Assembly: GCA_947441615.1 (NCBI GenBank)
Contig: CANEUH010000017.1
Coordinates: 10,807 to 74,806, forward strand
Length of the DNA: 64,000 nt
Direction of reading: 5' to 3'
From: Bacteriovoracaceae bacterium
GTDB taxonomy: Bacteria > Bdellovibrionota > Bacteriovoracia > Bacteriovoracales > Bacteriovoracaceae
Part shown: piece by piece, positions 45,011 through 53,420 of the stretch
Layout of the letters: each line of letters opens with the position of its first letter
How positions within the stretch are numbered: the stretch's first letter is position 1
Notes under the pieces: model-generated
Told to the model about the DNA's origin: nothing
The model's database searches: none
What the model saw: only the letters and a program-made list of their open reading frames with translations
Program-made: the position numbers and the translations under genes

Positions 45011-45991
45011 TTACTCTAAAGATAGTCCAGATAACCAAGTGCGATCAACGACAAGTTGCTTCGCAAAACTTCCACTGATCGTATTTTTTAACATAGGGAG
45101 TGTCGTTAAAGTTGTTAGTGAACCACACAATCCCGTTGCATCAGAAAGATCTGTTGCGAGCCCGCATGGATTTTCAATTGGAGGACAAGAAGGAGATTGT
45201 GAAAAATATCCTGTACCATAAACATAGGTTCCATCTGTTTTCATTTGGATACCACAACCAAGTCCAGTAAAGTTTGCTCCTGGAGAATTCGTTTGTGTTG
45301 AATCTGCAGAAGAAGCACTCGATAACTCAAAAATGCCTTGTAATTTATCCGCTTTAATATGTGTGACACTTGAATAGTACTGGCCGCCATTCTTTTCAAC
45401 ACTGATTTGAAAAACTTCCATGTCATCACCATTCTCATCTATTTTTGACAGCACGGCCATTGTTGGTGGATCTGAATCATTAGATTCAAAACTCGCATTC
45501 GTTTGTATTTCGGCCACATACCAATAACCACCGGCCTTTCCGAAATAAACTTTAAAGTCAGACATTCCCATCGAACTCGCATCTATTGTTTGCACGCAAG
45601 ATAATTCCATGGGAAAACTAAATCCAGAGGCAATTGTTGGTGGAGTAAAAGTAGAAGTTGGAGTATCGGCACAGACAATGATAGCATCTGCGAGACTATC
45701 TAATCTTGAGTCAACGCTATTAAGTCGATACATGAAATCTGTTGGACCGGGGGAGAAGAGTTTACTTTTCATATCATCTAATTCTGAAACAAATAGATTT
45801 TCACCCTTGAGGTTAAAACCTACGGATGAAGATTCCAGTGAACTAGGAAGTGAAGCCTTAGCAATTGTCACCATGCTTGGTACAGGTGATGATGAGCCAA
45901 CACCAGAGCTACTCTCGTTTTTTGAGCAAGCTGAGACTAAAATGATTGCCAGTAAACTGGTTATTTTTAAAGTAGATTTAAATTTAGACAT
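45011..45991 (-). CDS. hypothetical lipoprotein
   Basis: MSKFKSTLKITSLLAIILVSAC has a canonical lipobox (VSAC). Ser-rich linker. No family recognised. Confidence 0.65.
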   Translation of the reverse strand: MSKFKSTLKITSLLAIILVSACSKNESSSGVGSSSPVPSMVTIAKASLPSSLESSSVGFNLKGENLFVSELDDMKSKLFSPGPTDFMYRLNSVDSRLDSLADAIIVCADTPTSTFTPPTIASGFSFPMELSCVQTIDASSMGMSDFKVYFGKAGGYWYVAEIQTNASFESNDSDPPTMAVLSKIDENGDDMEVFQISVEKNGGQYYSSVTHIKADKLQGIFELSSASSADSTQTNSPGANFTGLGCGIQMKTDGTYVYGTGYFSQSPSCPPIENPCGLATDLSDATGLCGSLTTLTTLPMLKNTISGSFAKQLVVDRTWLSGLSLE

Positions 45992-46049
45992 AATATTTCC
46001 TTTCTAAAAATGAACCTTTTAATAATCTTTAAATTAAGACTAAGCTGTA

Positions 46050-46069
46050 CACTCAAAATAAAATGAGTG
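46050..46069. promoter_or_regulatory. inverted-repeat operator candidate, copy 3 (CACTCAAAATAAAATGAGTG)
   Basis: Arms CACTCA/TGAGTG, about 60 nt upstream of the lipoprotein gene that starts at 45991 on the minus strand. Confidence 0.45.
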
Positions 46070-46170
46070 AATTTGACTTTTTATTTTGAAGGACAAGTTT
46101 CCCATCCGAAGAATTGGACAATAAAAATGTAGTGTAAGGGAATGAGGGCAAATATTTTAGGAAATAGCTT

Positions 46171-47259
46171 TTAATCTAATGGATCTGTTACTTTCTTACG
46201 TCTATTGGGATTGTTAATCATAAATTTCATACCAACACTATTTCCCATAAAGCCAAGATTGTATTTTTGTGTTCCATCCATGAAACCATGACTTTGTTTA
46301 TAAAAGCTCAATTTATTTTCATAAAATAAACCAAATCTCTCCTTAGGAGTATTGAATTCAATTCGATTGGTGAGACTTCCGCCATAGCCTTGAATTCCGA
46401 ATTTGTCAGTGTACCCATCAAAATCCCACCAAGCATTTTCTTTAATCATGACTGTGACGTTTTCACCGGTCATGACTCCAACAGCAGCACTTGGGACATA
46501 AGTGAGGGAGCCTAGTTTTGAATCCAGTAAATTAAATCGATGCCCATAACCAATTTCAAAAGTCATTTGTTTATGGGAGTTTCGATTTGTTACGAGTTCA
46601 CTTTCGCCAGGAGTTTGATTATATCCGTCAAAAGGTTTATTGACGTCTTGAACACCATCAACTGAGACTCCATCAATCGTTCCTTTCATATACTTTACTT
46701 GGCCATCGGCCTGAAGGAATTTTGGATGGAAAGCAGAAAGAAAAAATTCATGACCATCCTTTTCAAGACTCACGACAAAAGTATTTGTGGGTTCATCAAT
46801 CATTTGAAAAGGATTATTGCCTTCTTGTTTCCAAGTTTCAGGTGAAAAATATTCTCTCGAACTTCTTTCCGCCCACTCGTAGTCTTTGATTTCAACATTG
46901 TACCTAGAAGATTGAAAACTTATGTCGGAATTAAAGTAGGTTGTGTAAGAGTGACTCGCGTAGAGTCTAATTTTCCATTTATTACTTGGTTTCACTGGAA
47001 GAGGTGGTTCTCCTGAGGATTTTTCAAAACATGTTTCAGGATTAAGATTAATTCCATTTTCTGTGCTTTTTAATAATTCAGAAGTGAGTGACGCCGATTC
47101 TTTTTTTAAGTATTCTTCACAAAATCCATCATCAATCACAATGATGGGCATCGTAATTGGTTTATCCATACACAGAGAAAGGAGATCGAGCTTTTTCATT
47201 GGTTCGGTTTGAGACCAAGCGAGAAAAGGAAAAATGGATAAGAGAAAAAACATTTTCAT
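46171..47259 (-). CDS. hypothetical secreted protein
   Basis: Signal peptide MKMFFLLSIFPFLAWSQ from the ATG at 47259. Beta-rich body. No family recognised. Confidence 0.55.
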   Translation of the reverse strand: MKMFFLLSIFPFLAWSQTEPMKKLDLLSLCMDKPITMPIIVIDDGFCEEYLKKESASLTSELLKSTENGINLNPETCFEKSSGEPPLPVKPSNKWKIRLYASHSYTTYFNSDISFQSSRYNVEIKDYEWAERSSREYFSPETWKQEGNNPFQMIDEPTNTFVVSLEKDGHEFFLSAFHPKFLQADGQVKYMKGTIDGVSVDGVQDVNKPFDGYNQTPGESELVTNRNSHKQMTFEIGYGHRFNLLDSKLGSLTYVPSAAVGVMTGENVTVMIKENAWWDFDGYTDKFGIQGYGGSLTNRIEFNTPKERFGLFYENKLSFYKQSHGFMDGTQKYNLGFMGNSVGMKFMINNPNRRKKVTDPLD

Positions 47260-47409
47260 AGGACACGGATCGGAGATACTGACCCAAAACTCAACGTCAA
47301 ATTTAGTGCCTGACTGGTTTGATCTTGTTTGGGCCAAAAACTTATCTTAGGGAAAAAATAAAAGCGGTGGTGTATTTGTATAATGTATCTCAAAGCTCTA
47401 TATTAGATC

Positions 47410-48927
47410 ATGGCTTCATTATCCTTCGCAGCCTTGGGCGCTTTTCTTTTTTCTTTACCCTTTCCTGGAATCATTTTTACCGCGGGTTTGGGTGAAGGGT
47501 GGCCGTCCTTTTTAATTGCTCTATTGGGTTTATCAGTTCTCGTTAGGGGAATTCTGAGATTACCTAAGAGGAAGAGCTTTTATTTTCTCATGATGTTTTT
47601 TGCCGTTCACTATCTCATGACCTTTTATTGGGTTACTTTTCCGATTCATGAATTTAAAGGTATTTCAAAACCAGTCAGTCATTTATTAGGCATTGTTTTT
47701 TTTCTTATCAATTTTGGACATTATTTTTTAGTTTGGGTTCTGACTAAGAATTTTAATTTTGAAAAGTTTAGTAAAGATGAAAGCCTTCGCTTCCTTGCTG
47801 TAGCTCTGTTAGTTGCGACTTTAGACTTTTATTATCCGCAAATCCTTCCTGTTCATGCAGGACATATCTTTTATTTTCTTTCCTCCTCCTTTTGGGCCTC
47901 AATTGGGGGAACCTCTTTTCTTACCTTTGTCCTTATCTATGGCCTACTTTGGTTTTGGAACTCTGGACCTAAGTTTAAGCTCACCATCGCAAGCATTTTT
48001 GTTTTAATTTTATTGGGTGTTGAATTTATTGACCAATCTGAAAAGGGGGAAGCAAAAAATATCAAGGTCTCCCTAGTCCAGCCGAACGTTCCTAATTTGG
48101 CGAAGATTCAAGCTGAATTTGGCGAAAGACAGGCGCTCCAATCGCTTATGCAGATTCTTGCTCGTCAAACTAGGCTCGCGACGGGGTTAGTTTTCTGGCC
48201 AGAAACAGCCGTGCCCTTACATGTTTCCTATGAAGAAATGTTACCTGGAGAGAGGCAGAATTGGCTCTATCGAGAAATTTTCACTCGCAGTACCTTGGTG
48301 TTTGGTGCTTACCTGAGAGAAGGGGATAAAAAGGCAACTAATAGTTTATTGGCGTGGGATTCAGGGAAGCTTCAACGTTACGATAAAGGCTATCTTAAAC
48401 CTTTCGCTGAAGAACTTCCTTTTGGTGATGCTTCTCCTATGATCGCAAATTTGATAGGACTTGAATACCCAGTCATCAGAGGTTTTAATCAAAACCTTTT
48501 TGAAATTAATGGAGTAAGATTCTTTGGAAGTGTTTGCTATGAATCTTTAAAGCCTAATTACGTAATGCAAATGTTGCGTACTTTTAAAATACGGCCACAC
48601 TTCTTAATCAATGTGGCCAACGATGGATGGTTTGGTAAAACGTCTCAACCTTATCTACATTTTTTAATGAATGAGTTTCTTTCTGAACAACTCAATGTCC
48701 CAATCATTCGAGCCGCAAATACAGGAATTTCTGGAATTGCTTTCCCGGATGGAAGAAAGTCGCTAACGACGGCCTGGCATCAAGAAACAGTCTTGAATGC
48801 TGAGATCACTTACTTTGAAACGAGACCAACTCTTTTTGAAAAACTGGGATTTTTGTCTACGTTTGGTTTTGCAGCGTTGTTATTACTAACTCATTTCCTA
48901 TTAAATTTCTTGAAACGAAAGGGATGA
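47410..48927 (+). CDS. lnt: apolipoprotein N-acyltransferase
   Basis: Multi-TM N-terminal half followed by a nitrilase-like domain with VFWPETAVP (Glu), YDKGYLKPFAE (Lys) and SVCYESL (Cys). Confidence 0.85.
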   Translation: MASLSFAALGAFLFSLPFPGIIFTAGLGEGWPSFLIALLGLSVLVRGILRLPKRKSFYFLMMFFAVHYLMTFYWVTFPIHEFKGISKPVSHLLGIVFFLINFGHYFLVWVLTKNFNFEKFSKDESLRFLAVALLVATLDFYYPQILPVHAGHIFYFLSSSFWASIGGTSFLTFVLIYGLLWFWNSGPKFKLTIASIFVLILLGVEFIDQSEKGEAKNIKVSLVQPNVPNLAKIQAEFGERQALQSLMQILARQTRLATGLVFWPETAVPLHVSYEEMLPGERQNWLYREIFTRSTLVFGAYLREGDKKATNSLLAWDSGKLQRYDKGYLKPFAEELPFGDASPMIANLIGLEYPVIRGFNQNLFEINGVRFFGSVCYESLKPNYVMQMLRTFKIRPHFLINVANDGWFGKTSQPYLHFLMNEFLSEQLNVPIIRAANTGISGIAFPDGRKSLTTAWHQETVLNAEITYFETRPTLFEKLGFLSTFGFAALLLLTHFLLNFLKRKG

Positions 48928-49622
48928 ATCCATAATTTTATCCAAGTATCATTTCCTGTTTGATTTTGTTCTTTAGGTAGATGAACTGGATTTATTCTTT
49001 TTTTTAATAACTGATCCCATATTACAAACATATGGCCTAAATTCTTATGCTGAGTTTTTTCTTGGTGATGAAGTGCATGGTATGCTGGACTTACAATCAT
49101 CTTCCCAAGTATGCCGAAGTGCCAGTTAACCTTCGCATGTGATAGTGCTGAAAATACAAACATGAATATATTTAGGAATACATAGTTTTTATAAGGGATA
49201 CCAAAACATCCGAGGATGATAAATAAAGTCGAATGAGTAATGACTGTTTCGATCGGATGAAATCGCAATGATGAATGCCAGCGTAAATCGCGAGATGAGT
49301 GATGGATGAAGTGAAGTTTCCACAAAAAAGTCTCATGGTAGATTAGGTGCCAAGTATAGGCCCATAGGTCAGCAAAGAAGATTACTAATACCCATAACAC
49401 CCATAATGGGAGGATTGAGGGAAGATTAATAAATGACCAGGTTCCAGATAGTGAAAAATAGTAAAAAAGAACTTTTGAAACGAAAAAGTTCGCAATTATT
49501 GGATTCGTCATACCAAAGAGAAGGTCGCAAAAGAAAGCTCTGCCCAGTGTATATTTTTTCTCCAGTAGCCCGAATGCAACAATATTGAGTCCAATGAATC
49601 CTAAAAATATGATCATGTTCAT
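48891..49622 (-). CDS. fatty acid hydroxylase/sterol desaturase superfamily membrane protein
   Basis: His boxes HLIYHETFLWKLHFIHHSS and YHALHH in a TM protein. The first ATG is at 49622. The track start at 49631 is TTG. Confidence 0.75.
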   Translation of the reverse strand: MNMIIFLGFIGLNIVAFGLLEKKYTLGRAFFCDLLFGMTNPIIANFFVSKVLFYYFSLSGTWSFINLPSILPLWVLWVLVIFFADLWAYTWHLIYHETFLWKLHFIHHSSRDLRWHSSLRFHPIETVITHSTLFIILGCFGIPYKNYVFLNIFMFVFSALSHAKVNWHFGILGKMIVSPAYHALHHQEKTQHKNLGHMFVIWDQLLKKRINPVHLPKEQNQTGNDTWIKLWIHPFRFKKFNRK

Positions 49623-49683
49623 GGGGTCCAAATGAGTTTTTTAAACAACTTAGATCTCAGATGTTAAAGTTAATGTGAAAATC

Positions 49684-49713
49684 TTGGATAATAGTAACAT
49701 AATAGCCTATAAT
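49684..49713 (+). promoter_or_regulatory. candidate sigma-70 promoter placing the TSS at or near the peptide ATG (possible leaderless mRNA)
   Basis: TTGGAT (49684-49689), an 18-nt spacer, then TATAAT (49708-49713). The ATG at 49720 is 6 nt after the -10 and has no SD sequence. The AT-rich background makes this tentative. Confidence 0.3.
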
Positions 49714-49719
49714 TGATTT

Positions 49720-49890
49720 ATGAATGATGATACCAAAGAAAGTGATCCAAATAATTCTGATACTTATTATTTTGGAGGTCTCACGGTAAAAAAAATCGAG
49801 ATTGTTGAGGACGTTTTTGCGATTGCACAGTCTCCAATTAATTGCATTGGACCAATTACTTTTGGACCGTTTGGACCGTTTGGATCCTAA
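49720..49890 (+). CDS. unlisted 56-aa peptide ORF, candidate RiPP precursor
   Basis: Hand translation gives MNDDTKESDPNNSDTYYFGGLTVKKIEIVEDVFAIAQSPINCIGPITFGPFGPFGS followed by a stop. It is just under the 60-aa cutoff. The stop lies 3 nt before the GT2 ATG. The C-terminal core is encoded by the 9-bp tandem repeat TTTGGACCG. Confidence 0.4.
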   Translation: MNDDTKESDPNNSDTYYFGGLTVKKIEIVEDVFAIAQSPINCIGPITFGPFGPFGS

Positions 49891-49893
49891 AGA

Positions 49894-50961
49894 ATGTTTA
49901 GTTTCATTATTCCTGCGTGCCAAGAAGAGTCTCAAATCCGACTTACCATAAGATCCATACTTAAGAACAATTGGGAATCTCCTCCAGAGATTATAGTTGT
50001 TGAAAATGGATCAACTGACCTAACAGCATCGGCCGCCAAAGAAGAAGGGGCCATTGTCCATTCTCTTTCAGTTCAAAGTCGATCCCTTGCAAGAAACTTC
50101 GGAGCTAGTCTTGCCACAAAGGAGTGGTTGGTCTTTCTTGACTCCGATGTTGTCCTCGACGAAAAGTGGAGTGAGGGACTTCTTAAAGCCGTAAAGAATC
50201 CTTGGTATGAGATCATTCAGGGCCCAATCATCCCTTCCGGAAAAGAAAATTTTTTAAATCGATTTAGATATAATCATGTGAGCGAAAAAACCAACGCAAC
50301 CTTTTGCTCATTTCTTACGGAATCATTTATACCAATTCTTAATTCAGCTTGTTTTGCTATTAAAAAGCAAAATTTTTTTGCGATAGGTGGTTTTGATGAA
50401 AACCTTCCTCGGTCTGAGGATCTTGATCTTGGCTTTAGGTGTTTCTTTGAAGGGTTAGTGTTTGCTACGGAGTCATCTATGAGATCCTATGTTTATTGGA
50501 ATCATGGAATTATTGGTTACCTTAAAAGATTCTATTTTCAAGGAGAGTCTATTCGTAAACTTGAAAGAAAATGGCAGATGAATTTGGTAGAGGATGGAAG
50601 GAGACTAGTTTCTATTAGGACAATTACGGAAAAGTTTGGTTTTTTTAAAATTCTAATTCATATTTTACAGTGGTTTGGATGGAAAAAAGAATCTCTTGGA
50701 GACCAAGTTATCATCCAAAAAAAAACAATGTGGCCTTATCGCTTAAGAGGAAGGAACTCCAGGCTTCCCTTCTTTTGGAATTGGAGGTATAAATGGTGCC
50801 CTCTGCCTCATACCCGGTTTGTGTTTGGATTAGAAGATATAAGAATTTATTATCTAAATGAAATTTTTGATATCCTCTATTGGAAAAGCGAAGGAAGCAT
50901 TCAGGATTTAGATGAAAGGCTTGACCTCATTCAAAATCCTGAAGGTTTTACGATTGCCTAG
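49894..50961 (+). CDS. family 2 glycosyltransferase with ~120-aa C-terminal extension
   Basis: FSFIIPACQEE, IIVVENGSTD and FLDSDVV (DxD) motifs. Tightly coupled to the upstream peptide ORF. Confidence 0.8.
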   Translation: MFSFIIPACQEESQIRLTIRSILKNNWESPPEIIVVENGSTDLTASAAKEEGAIVHSLSVQSRSLARNFGASLATKEWLVFLDSDVVLDEKWSEGLLKAVKNPWYEIIQGPIIPSGKENFLNRFRYNHVSEKTNATFCSFLTESFIPILNSACFAIKKQNFFAIGGFDENLPRSEDLDLGFRCFFEGLVFATESSMRSYVYWNHGIIGYLKRFYFQGESIRKLERKWQMNLVEDGRRLVSIRTITEKFGFFKILIHILQWFGWKKESLGDQVIIQKKTMWPYRLRGRNSRLPFFWNWRYKWCPLPHTRFVFGLEDIRIYYLNEIFDILYWKSEGSIQDLDERLDLIQNPEGFTIA

Positions 50962-51590
50962 TTTAGTTTTTTAAATGTCTCTGGTACTGAAAATATTTTC
51001 TGAGGAATAATAGTGTCTATTTTTTTGGCTATATAGATTGCATTTATATCTTTTGCGACTTCTCTGGTTAAAATTAGTGCTAATCGACCCGTTTGGGGTT
51101 CAACAATGCGTTCAATGTCCAAACGATTCATCACAAATGGAGTTACGGAATAGGAACTATACCATAGACTGTAAGTCATCTTCGTTTGATCATTTTTATA
51201 ATATTTAGGATAAAGCTTTTCACCCAAGATTTCCATTGAGTTAGACGGATTACGTGGTTTATCTTCACTAATTTTTAATATTGGTAGTTTGTCATAATTA
51301 ACTAAAGAATATGTTTTTTCTTTCATGTCCACAAAAGTCATTATTTTTTTTTCGTCATCAAATATATAAATAAATTCTTGTTTGTCGTTCGCTTTTAACC
51401 CAGCAGTTGTGACGATAGCTTTCTTGTTGTTTGACATATAAAAATGAAACTCATATTCCCTAGGGAGATTGCCGCTAACATAGTTTTTACTGTAGCTAAC
51501 TTCATAGTAAACATGTCCTGGAAAAGGTTTTGCCCACGCCAATGAGAATACCCAACAATTTATTACAATCAGCATGTAAAATAGCTTCAT
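50958..51590 (-). CDS. hypothetical periplasmic protein
   Basis: Signal peptide MKLFYMLIVINCWVFSLAWA. Beta-rich. No family recognised. Confidence 0.5.
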   Translation of the reverse strand: MKLFYMLIVINCWVFSLAWAKPFPGHVYYEVSYSKNYVSGNLPREYEFHFYMSNNKKAIVTTAGLKANDKQEFIYIFDDEKKIMTFVDMKEKTYSLVNYDKLPILKISEDKPRNPSNSMEILGEKLYPKYYKNDQTKMTYSLWYSSYSVTPFVMNRLDIERIVEPQTGRLALILTREVAKDINAIYIAKKIDTIIPQKIFSVPETFKKLN

Positions 51591-51637
51591 AAGTACCCCT
51601 TTCTCATTTAGTAACTTTTATAATAGCATAAATCATT

Positions 51638-52606
51638 ATGCAGAATTCGCAATTGGCCGATGCTGAAAATAGTGCTTTGATATGGATCCTCAATAAGGCC
51701 CAGGAATGGGAAATTCAGTTTGAGTTAAATCAGCAATTGGTGGAGCATTTCAATATCCATTTATATAGTTGTCATTTAAGGAAGTTCGGACATTTGGCCA
51801 TAGGGTTTGGGGCCGACCATAATAGGCGACGCGCTCAGCTGAAGGCTGCAATGGAATCTTTAGAAAGACGATTGGTAATTGATAACAGTTGGAAACACTC
51901 AAGTGGAACTTCTTTGCATATTGACCCTCATATTGCCCGTGAAAAGGCCATCAATGAGGCACTTGAAAGAGATGCTTTCTTTTGTCATTTCTATACTCAA
52001 ACTTCTTTTGGCCTGTTAGATGATTGTAAGCTCTCGGATGAGTGGAGTGATTTACTTAAAAAAAGAAACCTCATAGGAGAGTTGAGGCGACTTCATTCTC
52101 ATGGAGATATAAACGTAGTAGTAGCAGCACTTAGAGATGAGGAAAGAAAAATTGGTATATGTATCGGACTAGGAGCTAACCAATCAGCCAAAAAGGCAGC
52201 TATTCACGCACAGAATGAGTGTTTGAGTTTTTATTCCTATTTGGTGAGCTCAAAATCTCCTGTTAGTTTTAATATCAATCAATTTCGATCAAAAGAAGAT
52301 TGGAGTGTTTTCGACCATGGTCATCTTGGTAAAGATATAGAATATGGGGAGTGGTTTTGGGATACGTACCTGGCCTCGCCATCCTCCAACCGAACGACTC
52401 TAAACGGATTACCTACGGCCCAGGAATACCAAATCACTGGGGTGATTCAAGATGCGCCCTTTTCTCTTTGGAGGGCAGATCAGACAGGCTTGCAAGAGCC
52501 CTTCTGGGGAAGATATGATGAATTGAATCAAAAGAGATTAGAGGAATTTTGTGGAAAAAAATGGGAGCAGATCATTCGTCCGTCCTATCCCCACTGTTTT
52601 ACATAA
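51638..52606 (+). CDS. YcaO-like family protein (short form)
   Basis: GFGADHNRRRAQLKAAMESLERR, then GTSLHIDPHIAREKAINEALERDAFF, then IGLGANQSAKKAAIHAQNEC. This pattern of G-x-G ... A-x-x-E-x-x-ER and ExxERDAF blocks is characteristic of YcaO/SagD-type domains. Confidence 0.55.
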   Translation: MQNSQLADAENSALIWILNKAQEWEIQFELNQQLVEHFNIHLYSCHLRKFGHLAIGFGADHNRRRAQLKAAMESLERRLVIDNSWKHSSGTSLHIDPHIAREKAINEALERDAFFCHFYTQTSFGLLDDCKLSDEWSDLLKKRNLIGELRRLHSHGDINVVVAALRDEERKIGICIGLGANQSAKKAAIHAQNECLSFYSYLVSSKSPVSFNINQFRSKEDWSVFDHGHLGKDIEYGEWFWDTYLASPSSNRTTLNGLPTAQEYQITGVIQDAPFSLWRADQTGLQEPFWGRYDELNQKRLEEFCGKKWEQIIRPSYPHCFT

Positions 52607-52608
52607 GT

Positions 52609-53103
52609 ATGATTAAATATATTCCAAATGTTTTTTCTAAAGCGGAGCATTCCCTCATCAAAGATTATGCCACTAAACTATACTCACAAAGAGATGTGTT
52701 AGGGTGGGATGAAAAATTTAATCGTCATTTCGTGCACAATCCTAAGCCGCTACAGAAGTTCCATCTTTTGCTAGAGGAATTTATGAGTGAACACTACGGA
52801 AGAAAACTAAAAAAAAGCTATTGCTACTTAGCGATGTATGGACCGAATGGTGTCTGCAAGCGTCACGTTGATCGTATCCAATGCCAGTACTCTTTCGATT
52901 ACTGTCTTACATTTGATAAACCTTGGCCTTTGTTCGTTGAAGAGAATGGCAGTGCTGAAAGATTTGATTTAGAAGAAAACAGTGCTCTGGTTTATCGCGG
53001 TACCGAGCAGTTCCATTGGAGAGAAGATAGGAAAGAAGGTCATTTTTGCCACATGATCTTCTTTCACTTTGTACCCATAGAATTTGAAGGACAATTAATT
53101 TAG
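52609..53103 (+). CDS. 2OG-Fe(II) oxygenase superfamily protein (prolyl-hydroxylase-like)
   Basis: KRHVDR (HxD) ... ALVYRGTEQFHWRE (distal His) ... an RKEG basic residue about 10 aa later. The ATG at 52609 lies 2 nt after the YcaO stop. Confidence 0.5.
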   Translation: MIKYIPNVFSKAEHSLIKDYATKLYSQRDVLGWDEKFNRHFVHNPKPLQKFHLLLEEFMSEHYGRKLKKSYCYLAMYGPNGVCKRHVDRIQCQYSFDYCLTFDKPWPLFVEENGSAERFDLEENSALVYRGTEQFHWREDRKEGHFCHMIFFHFVPIEFEGQLI

Positions 53104-53411
53104 ATAACTTCGATGATTTTGTACTCGATAAGATTTTTTATAAAAGCTGCAACATCCTCTTGAAACTGATTATTATCCCAGTTTTTCCCTTCTTGTAGGG
53201 TCAGCATCTTATTGATCAGGCTTTGTTTTTGAGAAATAGCTTCAAAAATTTCAATTGCGATGCCGTCTATTTCAAAAATCGACTCGTCTTCATTGAAAAG
53301 AAATGCAACAATCTTACCATCCGACTTTCTAAAAGCGACTTCACTACTTAATTGGTAGAATTCTGCGATGTGCTTTTTATTGAAGAATTGGATTAAAGTA
53401 TTTTTGGTCAT
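53100..53411 (-). CDS. PqqD-family protein (stand-alone RiPP recognition element-like)
   Basis: 103 aa. ...SDGKIVAFLFNEDESIFEIDGIAIEIFEAISQKQSLINKM...FQEDVAAFIKNLIEYKIIEV follows the PqqD/RRE pattern: beta strands, a 'L-N-x-x-g-x-x-I' helix, and a C-terminal Dv..Fl..L...gli helix. Confidence 0.55.
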   Translation of the reverse strand: MTKNTLIQFFNKKHIAEFYQLSSEVAFRKSDGKIVAFLFNEDESIFEIDGIAIEIFEAISQKQSLINKMLTLQEGKNWDNNQFQEDVAAFIKNLIEYKIIEVI

Positions 53412-53420
53412 GGATTACCT

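Noticed and set aside
49657-49935. 92-aa minus-strand ORF listed in the track
   Set aside because: - It lies antisense to the 56-aa peptide ORF and to the GT2 start.
- Its sequence is low-complexity and Ile/Asn/Lys-rich, typical of the AT-rich antisense frame.
- It would leave no promoter space.
- I judge it spurious. Comparative data could reverse this.
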